In this document: positions 28,665 to 37,868 of the stretch, in pieces
How the letters are laid out: each line of letters starts with the position of its first letter
Numbering within the stretch: the first letter of the stretch is position 1
DNA from: Sumerlaeia bacterium
GTDB taxonomy: Bacteria > Sumerlaeota > Sumerlaeia > SLMS01 > JAHLLQ01
Assembly: GCA_040219255.1 (NCBI GenBank)
Contig: JAVJSW010000008.1
Location: forward strand, 32,001-96,000
Reading direction: 5' to 3'
Length of the DNA stretch: 64,000 nucleotides
Translations under genes and position numbers: made by a program
The notes under the pieces: generated by a model
Database searches by the model: none
What the model was told of the DNA's origin: nothing
The model's input: only the letters and a program-made list of their open reading frames with translations

Positions 28665-29657
28665 ATGATTGCCAGCGTTCCCGACACATCGAATCGATTC
28701 GACCGAAAGCTCCGTGGACATGGTCTGAGTCTGGAGAGAGCCAGACTCGAGGTGCTGCAAGTCAACGTCGGGCGGCTCTGCAATCAGACCTGCCGCCATT
28801 GCCACGTCAACGCCGGACCAACGCGTACCGAACTGATGAGCATGGAGGTGGCGGAGGCGGCCATTGCCTGGCTGGACAAAGTGCCGACGATCCACACGCT
28901 GGACATCACCGGCGGAGCGCCGGAGATGGCTCCGTGCTTTCGCCGGCTGGCGGAAGCCGGGGCGGAGCGCGGCAAGAAAGTGATCGACCGCTGCAACCTG
29001 ACGATCCTGACGGAGCCCGGATACGAGGATCTGGCGGATTTCCTCGCCCGCCATCGAGTCGCCGTGATCGCCTCCCTCCCCTGCTATTCGGCGGCGAACG
29101 TGGATAAGCAGCGGGGTGACGGGGTGTTCGAGCGCTCGATCGCCGGGCTGCGGACGCTCAACGCCCTCGGCTATGGTCAGGCGGAGGGCGAGCCGGGGCA
29201 GGGCGCTCTGCGGTTGGATCTCGTTTACAACCCCATCGGGCCGAAACTTCCGCCGAGCCAGAAGGCCCTGGAGGCGGCCTATCGGCAGAAACTGAAGGCG
29301 GACTTCGGCATCGTCTTCGACCGATTGCTGACGATTACCAACCTGCCCGTGGGCCGGTTCCGCAGCGCCCTGCACCGCAGCGGCGAGTTGGAGGGATACG
29401 TCGATCTCCTCGACGACAACTTCAACCCCTGCGCCGTGGCGGGGTTGATGTGCCGCAATCACCTGTCGGTGGATTATCGGGGCTATCTGTACGATTGCGA
29501 TTTCAATCAGATGACGGACCTGCCGATCGGCGGGTCGCCGCTGAATATTCTAGAAACGACACCCGAGGAGGTGGCCCGGCGCCGGATCGCGACGGCGGAC
29601 CACTGTCTCGGTTGCACCTCGGGCGCCGGTTCGTCCTGTGGGGGTTCTCTGGCCTAG
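28665..29657 (+). CDS. arsS: Radical SAM/Cys-rich protein of the arsenosugar biosynthesis ArsS family
   Basis: LQVNVGRLCNQTCRHCHVNAGP, DITGGAPE, ASLPCY, YDCDFNQM and HCLGCTSGAGSSCGG. Confidence 0.85.
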   Translation: MIASVPDTSNRFDRKLRGHGLSLERARLEVLQVNVGRLCNQTCRHCHVNAGPTRTELMSMEVAEAAIAWLDKVPTIHTLDITGGAPEMAPCFRRLAEAGAERGKKVIDRCNLTILTEPGYEDLADFLARHRVAVIASLPCYSAANVDKQRGDGVFERSIAGLRTLNALGYGQAEGEPGQGALRLDLVYNPIGPKLPPSQKALEAAYRQKLKADFGIVFDRLLTITNLPVGRFRSALHRSGELEGYVDLLDDNFNPCAVAGLMCRNHLSVDYRGYLYDCDFNQMTDLPIGGSPLNILETTPEEVARRRIATADHCLGCTSGAGSSCGGSLA

Positions 29658-29700
29658 AGTCTTATCGGAGGCTTGCCCGCTCCATGATTCTTCAAGGAAA

Positions 29701-30005
29701 TCACCGCAGAGGCGCAGAGAACGCAGAGAAGATTGGTGCCTTTGAAGGTGACTGGAACAATGGGAATGCTCCGATTCCTGGCTGGGCAACTGGGATATCG
29801 CAGCCGGTTCTCTTGAAACAGGGACCAAGGACAAGAAAAGACGACAGATTCTCCGCCACTTCGCAAGGTATTGCAGAAATCAGGGTTTGGGAGTTGGCGA
29901 CAGATTGCCTATTTCTATGGAGTTGGCCCAACAGGCCATCCATTTCTGCCACTCCTTTTGAATGATCTCTGTGGAACTTCTGTCTTCCGTGCCCATTGTG
30001 GTGAA
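29701..30005. repeat. About 305-bp MITE-like remnant bounded by inverted (CAGAG)n-type ends
   Basis: Left end TCACCGCAGAGGCGCAGAGAACGCAGAG. Right end (29967-30005) reads TTCACCACAATGGGCACGGAAGACAGAAG on the minus strand. Interior is visibly AT-richer with no credible ORF. Confidence 0.5.
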
Positions 30006-30016
30006 GGATCGCGGGC

Positions 30017-31297
30017 CTACTTCATCGGCAGCGTCTGCTCGCGGTCCGGGCCGATGCTGACCATCGAGATGGGCGTGTCGAGGGCATGCGAAACCCTGTC
30101 GAGGTAGCGAAGAGCCTCAACCGGCAGATCTTCCGTCGTCTTGGCGTTACTCGTCTGGCATTTCCAGCCCTGGTGCGTTTCGTAGGAGGGACGGGAAGCC
30201 TCGACGGCGTCGGCGCCGAAGGGGATCAGTTCGGCTTCCGAGGCGTCGGCCAGGATGTATCTGTCGCAGACTTCAACAGTATCGAAGTCGTCGAGAACAT
30301 CGAGTTTCGTGACGACCATTTCGGTGCAACCACAGATCTGGACGGCGCGACGGACGACCGGCAGGTCGAGCCAGCCGCAGCGGCGGGCGCGGCCCGTGGT
30401 AGCGCCGTATTCGCCGCCGGCTTCGCGCAGGCGTTCGCCTTCGGCGCCGAGCAGTTCGGTGGGGAAGGGGCCTTCGCCGACGCGGGTGGTGTAGGCTTTG
30501 AAAACGCCGACGACGCGTTCGATGTGGCGGGGCGAAATTCCCAAGCCGGTGCAGGCGCCGCCGGGAGTGGGGCTCGACGATGTGACATAGGGATAGGTCC
30601 CATGGTCGATGTCGAGCATGACGCCCTGGGCGCCCTCGCAGAGGACGTTTTCGCCGCGGGCGAGGGACTCGTTCACAAGGGCCACGGTATCGCCCACCAG
30701 GGGCGCCAGGCGGTCGGCGCAGGCGGTCAGTTGCTCGAGGGCCTGCTCCGTATTGGCGGGCTGGATTTCATAGACTTTGCGAAGAAATTCGCCGTGGAAC
30801 TCGGCGAGGGCGCGATACTTCTTCACGAATTGATCGCGCCTGCGCAAGTCGCCGAGGCGCAGGCCGACGCGGCGGAATTTGTCGGAGTAGGTCTGACCGA
30901 TGCCGCGCAGAGTGGTGCCGATCTTACGGCCGCCCTTCTGGTGTTCGGCGGCATGGTCGAGTTCCTTGTGGAGAGGCAGGACCATATGAGCCTGCTCGGA
31001 GAGCGTAAGACGGTCGGCGATATCCATGCCCTGCTCGAGAAGTTTGTCGATCTCGCCCGCGAGGCCGAGGACATCGACGACCATGCCGTTGCCGACGATA
31101 TTGCGCACGCCGGGGCGCAGCACGCCGGAGGGCAAGGCGTGGAGGACGAACTTTTTGCCGTTCACGATCACGGTGTGTCCGGCGTTGCTGCCTCCCTGGA
31201 ATCGGGCGACGACGTCGCTGTCGGCGGCGAGGAAGTCAACGATCTTGCCTTTTCCTTCGTCGCCCCATTGGCATCCGATGACCACTGTCGCGGGCAT
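30017..31297 (-). CDS. purA: Adenylosuccinate synthetase
   Basis: QWGDEGKGK, GGSNAGHT, EGAQG, GTYPYVTSS, GATTGRARRCGW and TKLD. Confidence 0.98.
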   Translation of the reverse strand: MPATVVIGCQWGDEGKGKIVDFLAADSDVVARFQGGSNAGHTVIVNGKKFVLHALPSGVLRPGVRNIVGNGMVVDVLGLAGEIDKLLEQGMDIADRLTLSEQAHMVLPLHKELDHAAEHQKGGRKIGTTLRGIGQTYSDKFRRVGLRLGDLRRRDQFVKKYRALAEFHGEFLRKVYEIQPANTEQALEQLTACADRLAPLVGDTVALVNESLARGENVLCEGAQGVMLDIDHGTYPYVTSSSPTPGGACTGLGISPRHIERVVGVFKAYTTRVGEGPFPTELLGAEGERLREAGGEYGATTGRARRCGWLDLPVVRRAVQICGCTEMVVTKLDVLDDFDTVEVCDRYILADASEAELIPFGADAVEASRPSYETHQGWKCQTSNAKTTEDLPVEALRYLDRVSHALDTPISMVSIGPDREQTLPMK

Positions 31298-31472
31298 GGT
31301 TACGGTTCCTTCGGTAAATAAGCTCGGGCCGCTCAAAGAGAAGCGCCCCAGCGCAGGGCCGGGGCGAGGGACTCGATGCACAGCGCGGCGGGAGTTCGGG
31401 GTGTCTGTCGATAAACGTGAGAAGAGCTATGGAGGGTTTTCCACGGCCACCTGCGGCTTGAGGCCTCAGGCC

Positions 31473-32171
31473 TTACTTCTTCTTTTTCTCGTCCTTGTCC
31501 TGCGGTTCGTCTTCTCCGGCGGGCTCGTCCGCCGGTTTATCCTCGGCTGGCGCCTCGTCTTTGGTGGCGGCTTTGGACTTGGGGTCCGTGATCACTTCGG
31601 CGTTGTCGTCTTCGAAGTCTTCCTCGTCATCGAAGCCGAAATCGTCGTCGAAGGTCGAGAAATCGTCGTCCTCATCGTCCTCAAAGGGTTTGGGACGCAG
31701 GAGGAGATAGAGGATGGCCACGACGACGAAGAGGAGCAGGATGATGACAACGTAGTTGAAGGCGTTGCTCTCGTTTTCCTGGGAGGGCTCGGCGCTGGAG
31801 GAGGGGGCGGAAGCGGGGGCGGCGGTGTCGCGGGCGAGGCCCGGTTTGTCGGCGAGGATGTTCTCGAGAACGCCCCGCTGCTTTTCGATCTGGTTGCGCA
31901 GCGTGGTCGCTTCGCGGCCCAGCGGGCTGTCGCGCAGCAGTTCGTTGTCCGCGTATTGGGAGATCTGCTCGGCGGTGCGTTGCAGTTCGCGGTTGGACTG
32001 GCGGAGTTCGTAGACTTCTTCGCGCAGGTCGTTCATGACCTCTTCACGAAGTTGAGCCTTGGCGCGGGCTTGGGTGGCCCCGCGGCTTTCCGCCGAATCG
32101 CTGGAACAACCGGTGACCAGCAGAAGGCAGATGAGAGAGGTGTACAGGAACGGACGCAGCAGAGTTTTCAC
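31473..32171 (-). CDS. Lipoprotein with coiled coil, one TM helix and an acidic tail
   Basis: GTG start and lipobox LVTGC. TM YVVIILLLFVVVAILYLLL, then a D/E/F-rich C-terminus. Confidence 0.75.
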   Translation of the reverse strand: MKTLLRPFLYTSLICLLLVTGCSSDSAESRGATQARAKAQLREEVMNDLREEVYELRQSNRELQRTAEQISQYADNELLRDSPLGREATTLRNQIEKQRGVLENILADKPGLARDTAAPASAPSSSAEPSQENESNAFNYVVIILLLFVVVAILYLLLRPKPFEDDEDDDFSTFDDDFGFDDEEDFEDDNAEVITDPKSKAATKDEAPAEDKPADEPAGEDEPQDKDEKKKK

Positions 32172-32347
32172 TCTCGAATCCTTTATCGGTGGCAATTTGG
32201 GAGCTCGATTCAGGCCGCAAAAGCAGACCGCAACCCGCACTCCCGTCTGACACCATCGGAAGTCGGACCCGGGCGCAAGAAAAACATAAGGAGTCTTGAC
32301 CCTGCCCGAGTTGCGATTTGCAGCGGGAAATGTGAGAAGAGAAAGAA

Positions 32348-32423
32348 TGGTGGGCACGGGCAGGATCGAACTGCCGACACCAGGATTTTCAGTCCTGTGC
32401 TCTACCGACTGAGCTACATGCCC
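32348..32423 (-). tRNA. tRNA-Phe (GAA)
   Basis: GGGCATGTAGCTCAGTCGGTAGAGCACAGGACT-GAA-AATCCTGGTGTCGGCAGTTCGATCCTGCCCGTGCCCACCA is a 76-nt cloverleaf with encoded CCA. Confidence 0.98.
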
Positions 32424-32543
32424 ACGAGGGGAAAGGCGCCGGGCGATGTTCTCGCCGCGAGCGGAGGGAGAACGTGCCGCTTTCCCCGTCACGAGTCAAG
32501 GGTCAATTGCGCCCTTTTTGGCCCATTTCGAAGTCCGGTCGAA

Positions 32544-33248
32544 TCAGTAGTCGGACCATCCGGGAATGCCGGCCTGAGGCGTGAACTCGATCTCGAGGAC
32601 CGGGCGTCCCGAAGCGGCCTCGGCGGAAGCGATGCTGCGCGCCGTCCCGTTGGTTCCTTCGGCGGTGGAGATGAGAATCCAGCCGTTGTTCGCGCCCGGA
32701 TTGTCGATCCAGTCCTGCAGATCGGCCACCATTCCGGCGCCGATGAAGACGACCGGACCGATGGAGCCGCCGAAATTCGTCGTGGCGCTGGCCGTGGTGG
32801 CGAAGTCTCCGCCGCCGGTTGTCCAGGCGAGGCTGTTATGAACGCGGCTGTTCCAGGACGTGGAACCGTTTTCGACGGTGCCGCCCCCGCCGGTGGAGGC
32901 GCCCGTACCCGGCACCCAGGAGGCGGTGATAGGGTGAAGGCCGAAATCGCTGTTTACGGAGCCGGTCTGGGGAACGCGGTCGATTTCGAGGCGCAGAGTG
33001 GCCGAGGTAATGGTCGCGCCGGAGTCGATGGCGCTGAGGTCGAACTGGAACAAGGCGCGCCGAAGGCCCGAGCCATTGCGGATACGGCCGGAGAATACCG
33101 ACGTCCCGGCGCCCCCGTTGCTGTCCGGCGCGTCGTCGAAGATTGCCGTGTCCTGTGCGCTGGCGGGTCCGGTCAGGGTCAATAGGTCGGCAATGGCAAC
33201 CGCCGGGAGAAGGGCTGCCGCGGCGAGGAGGGATACGGTGTACTTCAT
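32544..33248 (-). CDS. Secreted DNRLRE/CBM96-like beta-sandwich protein with C-terminal GWSDY
   Basis: Signal peptide. DTAI, RRALFQFDLSAI..GATITSATLRL, TSWN, W...GGDF, LQDWIDNPGANNGW and RPVLEI. Confidence 0.8.
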   Translation of the reverse strand: MKYTVSLLAAAALLPAVAIADLLTLTGPASAQDTAIFDDAPDSNGGAGTSVFSGRIRNGSGLRRALFQFDLSAIDSGATITSATLRLEIDRVPQTGSVNSDFGLHPITASWVPGTGASTGGGGTVENGSTSWNSRVHNSLAWTTGGGDFATTASATTNFGGSIGPVVFIGAGMVADLQDWIDNPGANNGWILISTAEGTNGTARSIASAEAASGRPVLEIEFTPQAGIPGWSDY

Positions 33249-33473
33249 AGAGAACCTTTGTTGAATATGGGAGTGGAAACGTGTCGATGCGTTTGCTTCA
33301 GATATGAAATATCCAATGAAGCCGCTGATTTCCAGTCTAATTCCTGGACAGTCCGCTGGCGGACGAAAGGTTTCGATCCGGCAAAAATGGGGGGTGGTGG
33401 CGTGACACGCGCGGCTGCCCGCCGCCGGGTTGGGACGGCAGCATCGGGCGACGCGGCTGGGAGGGCTCGGGAT

Positions 33474-34175
33474 TTACTGGAAGACGAAGAATTCGACGCG
33501 GCGGTTGCGGGCCCAGGTTTCGGGCGACGGTTCGGCGTCGAAGTCCAGGGGCATCATTTCCCCGTAGCTGACGGTTTCCAGGCGGTCGGGCGCGATGCCG
33601 CGCTCGATCAGGTATTGACGGACCGCCATGGCGCGACGGCTGCCGAGGGCAAGGTTGTATTCTTCGGTGCCGCGCTCGTCGGTGTGACCGCGGACGATGA
33701 CCCGCATATCGAGCAGGCGGCCGAGAAAGTCGACGTGAAGATCGAGGATTTGACGCGCTTCGTCCGTCAGGTCGGAATTGTCGAATTCGAAGTAAACCAT
33801 CGGCAGTTCCGGCACTTCGACGCCCAGAGGATGCACTTCGCGGTCGAGCGCGACTTCGGTGGTCAGACCGGTGGGCGGGTCGATCGTGGCCTTGGCCACG
33901 GAGCGCACCACATTGGAGGAGTCGCGCCGGGGAACCGGCAGGGGCTTGGGCGGTTCGGGAATGATTTCGACGGTGGGGCTGCTGAGGCGATCGGGGGCGG
34001 GGGGGCCGAAGGTGACGCGTTGGAGTGCGGGCTCCGCGCTGGCCGAGGGTTGGGCCGGCGGGAGGGGTTGGGCGATTTGTGCATGAATGGGCTTCTTGCC
34101 ACAACCGGCGGCGAAAGCCGCCAGGACTAATGTGGCCGAGCCGGCCGCGATGAAGGTGCGAATCCGTCGAGACAT
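33474..34175 (-). CDS. OmpA/Pal family peptidoglycan-binding lipoprotein
   Basis: Lipobox AAGC and Pro-rich linker. VYFEFD, GHTDERGTEEYNLALGSRRA, SYGE and NRRVEF. Confidence 0.92.
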   Translation of the reverse strand: MSRRIRTFIAAGSATLVLAAFAAGCGKKPIHAQIAQPLPPAQPSASAEPALQRVTFGPPAPDRLSSPTVEIIPEPPKPLPVPRRDSSNVVRSVAKATIDPPTGLTTEVALDREVHPLGVEVPELPMVYFEFDNSDLTDEARQILDLHVDFLGRLLDMRVIVRGHTDERGTEEYNLALGSRRAMAVRQYLIERGIAPDRLETVSYGEMMPLDFDAEPSPETWARNRRVEFFVFQ

Positions 34176-34317
34176 CACGCGGGCGTGCTCCCTGGCAGAA
34201 GATCGAGAAGAGAGCGTTGGGGGGCGAATGGGAGGGGAGTAAGGAAGCGGGCTCGATGGACAGCCGTGCACCGGATGGCGACGGGGGAAGCCCGATCGAG
34301 CCCGCGATATTCAACGA

Positions 34318-35052
34318 TTAGTAGGCAGCGGCTGTTTCCGGAGCCGGTTCGTAAACCAGGAACATCGCGCGGCGATTGAGGTTATGACCCTGTTCGCCCC
34401 CCTCGAAGGTCAGGGGACGCATTTTGCCGTAGCTGATGGTCGAGATGCGCTCGGGAGCGACGCCTTGACCGACCAGGTATTCGCGGACGGTGTCGGCGCG
34501 GCGCTGGCCGAGGGCGATGTTGTACTCTTCCGTGCCGCGTTCGTCGCAGTGGCCTTCGACCTGAACGTGGACGAAGGGATTACTGCCGAGCCAAGTGGCG
34601 TGGCGATCGAGGGTCTGCTGCCACTCGGGCTTGATGTCGGCCTGATCGTACTCGAAATGGACCATTTCCAGGTCGGCGATTTCCATGGCGGCGCCGACGT
34701 TGGAGGTGTCGGCGTTGTTGAGGATGGAACCGGTGGCTTCATCGGTGCTCATGGCGTCGAGACCGCCGTCAGAGGTGCTGGCGACGACCTGGATGCCGTT
34801 GCCGCTGGCGGGCGGGGCGCCATCGGGAGACCAGGCGTTGCGACGCGGCGCGGAGGTTTCCGCGGCGGGCTCGTAGGTCACTTCGACGGGGGCGATGTCT
34901 TCTTCGATCAGAGAGTTGACCGGCGGGTTGTGCTCGGGATGAGCGGTCATCTTGCTCTTTTTCTTGGAGCAACCGGTGGCGGAGACGGCCACCAGGACAA
35001 GAACGGCGGCGACGAGGGGGAGACGGGTCAGGGTGATGGGGCTGCGGAACAT
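34318..35052 (-). CDS. pal: OmpA/Pal family peptidoglycan-associated lipoprotein
   Basis: Lipobox ATGC, HFEYD, EGHCDERGTEEYNIALGQRRA, ISYGK and NRRA. AGGAGG RBS. Confidence 0.9.
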   Translation of the reverse strand: MFRSPITLTRLPLVAAVLVLVAVSATGCSKKKSKMTAHPEHNPPVNSLIEEDIAPVEVTYEPAAETSAPRRNAWSPDGAPPASGNGIQVVASTSDGGLDAMSTDEATGSILNNADTSNVGAAMEIADLEMVHFEYDQADIKPEWQQTLDRHATWLGSNPFVHVQVEGHCDERGTEEYNIALGQRRADTVREYLVGQGVAPERISTISYGKMRPLTFEGGEQGHNLNRRAMFLVYEPAPETAAAY

Positions 35053-35228
35053 GGGAAAAGGACCTCCTGGGAGCGGGTAACGGGAACGCAGCGTTGTCGG
35101 CTGTGTGTTGGTTCGCCGATGGGAGTTCGCGAGGAATCTCCCGCAGCACTCGGCGATTTCCAGCGAGTCCTAGAAAGGTGGGGAACACCGCATCAAGAAC
35201 TTTCTGGATTTCTTTTTAGAAAAACGCG

Positions 35229-36749
35229 ATGGCCCGGGTCTTGCACGACCGGCGGCCACTTCCCCCAGGAGCCCTCCGCTTGCCCCCTCAGACCGCTTCC
35301 CTGCTCCAAGGTTTTCTGATCGTTTTCGCCGTGGTCTTCGTCGCCGGCATCACCATCGCCACGGCTTTTCGAATCCTGGAGGTGAAGAAGGACCCGACGG
35401 ACGCGCTGACCTGGATCTTCGCGGCCTTTATGTTTCCGCTGCTAGGATCGGTGGCGTTCTTTGTGATGGGCGACCCGATCGTTCGCAAGACCATGCGGCG
35501 CCTTCGCCAGGACCACATCCGCCGCCGCGATCTTCCCAATCCGAAGGTCGAGGAGTACGACGGGTTTTTCGAATTCCCCCAGTTGCTGACGCGCTTGGGG
35601 GCTTTTCCTTCCACCTTTGGAAACGACATCCACGTTTTCAGCGAGTGCATCGACACCTATCGCGCCATGCTGCGCGACCTGCGCAAAGCGGAGCAGGAGA
35701 TCTGCTTCGAGTTCTACACCGTGCGCGACGATGCCACCGGGATGGTTTTCCTGCGCGAGTTGGTGCGCAAGGCGCGCGAGGGCGTGCGGGTGTATTTTCT
35801 CTACGACGCGATGGGCTCGGGGTCGCTCAAGAAGCGCACTCTGGAACGTCTCGAGCGCGAAGGCATCGTCGTGGTGCCGTTTATGGAGTTGAACCTGTTC
35901 CGCAAGCGCATCCAGATCAATTTCCGCAACCACCGCAAATTGCTCATCATCGATCGCAAGGTCGCCTACACCGGCGGCACCAACATCGGCGACGAACACC
36001 TGGGCAAGAACCGTGAGGTGGTGGATCAGGATTACTGGTTCGATTGCCAGATTCGGATCGAAGGCCCGGCGGTGATGCAGCTCCTGGAGGAGTTCGCCGC
36101 GGATTGGGATTTCGCCACGGATTCGGGAACGAAGACGGAAGCGATCATCCGGGACGCCAATTACCCCGGGCGAATTTTCGAGGGAAACGACCCGAAGGAC
36201 ACGGGCTGGCTCCAGGTGATCCACTCCGGCCCCGATCAGGTCATCAACCACACGCGGTACGCGCTGTTCTACGCCGTGACGCACGCACGCAAGCGGCTGT
36301 GGATTTCGACGCCCTACTTCGCGCCGGATCAGGCTCTGCTGGCCGCCCTGGTGACGAGCGCCATGTCGGGCGTTGACGTTCGCATCCTGACGACGAACGA
36401 CAAACCGGACATCATGCTGTCCTATTGGGCGGGACGCTATTTCTGGGAGCCGGTGCTCAAGGCGGGCGGACGCATCTTTCAATTCCAGCCGGGTATGCTC
36501 CATGCAAAGCTGTTGTTGGCCGATGAGGATCTGGCCACCGTCGGCTCGGCCAATCTGGACATCCGGAGCCTGGGTCTGAATTTCGAGCTGACGACCTGCT
36601 TCTACTCGCGGCGCGACATCGCAGAGGTGGAGGCGATTTTCGAGCGCCGCATCGGCGAGTCCATCGAGGTGGGCGAGGAGTATCTGAACCGGCCCTGGCG
36701 CACCCGTCTGAAGGAAAACCTGGCGCGCATGTTCGCGCCAATGCTGTAA
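35229..36749 (+). CDS. cls: Cardiolipin synthase
   Basis: Two N-terminal TMs and two HKD motifs (NHRKLLIID, LHAKLLLAD), with GSANLDIRS. Confidence 0.93.
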   Translation: MARVLHDRRPLPPGALRLPPQTASLLQGFLIVFAVVFVAGITIATAFRILEVKKDPTDALTWIFAAFMFPLLGSVAFFVMGDPIVRKTMRRLRQDHIRRRDLPNPKVEEYDGFFEFPQLLTRLGAFPSTFGNDIHVFSECIDTYRAMLRDLRKAEQEICFEFYTVRDDATGMVFLRELVRKAREGVRVYFLYDAMGSGSLKKRTLERLEREGIVVVPFMELNLFRKRIQINFRNHRKLLIIDRKVAYTGGTNIGDEHLGKNREVVDQDYWFDCQIRIEGPAVMQLLEEFAADWDFATDSGTKTEAIIRDANYPGRIFEGNDPKDTGWLQVIHSGPDQVINHTRYALFYAVTHARKRLWISTPYFAPDQALLAALVTSAMSGVDVRILTTNDKPDIMLSYWAGRYFWEPVLKAGGRIFQFQPGMLHAKLLLADEDLATVGSANLDIRSLGLNFELTTCFYSRRDIAEVEAIFERRIGESIEVGEEYLNRPWRTRLKENLARMFAPML

Positions 36750-36762
36750 GGTAATACCGGCG

Positions 36763-37194
36763 ATGAAAGTGGGCGAAATCCAATTTCCCGTGCTGGTTTT
36801 CGACGGCGAGTGCCCGCTGTGCCGCTGGTGGGTGAACCGTTGGCGGCATCTGACTTGTGGCTCCGTGCGCTACGTGCCGTTCCAGGACCTGGGCCAGCGC
36901 GGCTTCCTGGGCGTCGCGCCGGAAGCCTTCGCCAAAGCGGTGCACTACATCGAGTCCCCGAGGCAGATCAGCACCGGCGCGGAAGCGGCCTTCCGGCTTC
37001 TGAACGGTGTGGGGGGCTGGCGGCGGACGCCGTTGTGGCTCTATCGGCGGGTGCCGGGGGTGGCACCCTTCTGCGAGGCGATGTACCGCCATGTGAGCCG
37101 CCACCGTCCCGCCTTGGACCGCGTGCGGAGAGCCATCGTGGGCGACCGGACGACGGTGCTGCTGCGGTGCCGATGCGGCGATGGGGAAGGATGA
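36763..37194 (+). CDS. DCC1/DUF393 thiol-disulfide oxidoreductase family protein
   Basis: VFDGECPLC motif, GAEA and YRHVSRHR. Confidence 0.85.
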   Translation: MKVGEIQFPVLVFDGECPLCRWWVNRWRHLTCGSVRYVPFQDLGQRGFLGVAPEAFAKAVHYIESPRQISTGAEAAFRLLNGVGGWRRTPLWLYRRVPGVAPFCEAMYRHVSRHRPALDRVRRAIVGDRTTVLLRCRCGDGEG

Positions 37195-37282
37195 TCTTGC
37201 CTCGCGGGCGGGTTTCGTGCAATCGGATAGGCTGAGGATGATTTCATAAGAAACCGGTACGAACCGAAAGGACCCGCGAACG

Positions 37283-37741
37283 ATGAAAAAAACCGAATAC
37301 CGCCTCGGCGCCGATGCCCTCGATTGGAAGCAGCTCAATTACATCCTGGCGGAAGTGGACGTGCTCCACAACTACGCCCAGCGCGAGCAGTTCGAGAAAA
37401 TCCACCACGGCTTTTCCAGCAGCTACAAAGTCGTTTCGGCCTGGAAAGACGAAGCCATCCTGGTGGGGGCGGCCCGCATGGTCAGCGACGGCTATGTCCT
37501 GGGCGTGATCTGCGATATCGCCATCCACCCGGACCACACGGGCGAAGGCATCCGCCGCGAGATGATCCAGCGCCTGATGGAGGACGAGCGGGGCATGGCA
37601 TTCGTGCTGATGGCAACCTTCGACAACGAAGAGGTTTACACCGAGTTGGGATACCGCCCGCACAAGGCGGTCTACGGCAAGTACCCCTTCAAGACCCCGT
37701 ACCTGGATTACACGGTCGGCGATCCATTCGACGAATTCTGA
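37283..37741 (+). CDS. GNAT family N-acetyltransferase
   Basis: LVGAARMVSDG, DIAIHPDHTGEGI and YTELGY. Confidence 0.85.
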   Translation: MKKTEYRLGADALDWKQLNYILAEVDVLHNYAQREQFEKIHHGFSSSYKVVSAWKDEAILVGAARMVSDGYVLGVICDIAIHPDHTGEGIRREMIQRLMEDERGMAFVLMATFDNEEVYTELGYRPHKAVYGKYPFKTPYLDYTVGDPFDEF

Positions 37742-37868
37742 AGAGAAAAATCTTTCTGCGGCTGTAACCCGCGGAGGCGAACCGCGTAAAGAGTGGCGAA
37801 GGAAGCGGGGCCAAGGCCCGGCGCTTCCCAGACACCTGACCCTGACGCTCTTGAAGGAATTCGCCCCC

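Noticed and set aside
28665-29657. Selenocysteine in the ArsS C-terminal motif
   Set aside because: The motif is SSCGG with a TGT codon, and the ORF ends at TAG with no in-frame TGA.
32348-32423. tRNA-Phe as an integration site
   Set aside because: No integrase, no duplicated tRNA 3' end and no foreign-looking block adjacent.
32172-32492. N-terminal extension of ORF 31473-32492
   Set aside because: It runs through tRNA-Phe. The lipoprotein signal starts at GTG 32171.
33249-33473. Possible ncRNA or riboswitch in the longer intergenic regions (also 60730-60989 and 32172-32347)
   Set aside because: Only short hairpins were seen, with no recognisable family consensus. An Infernal/Rfam scan would be needed.
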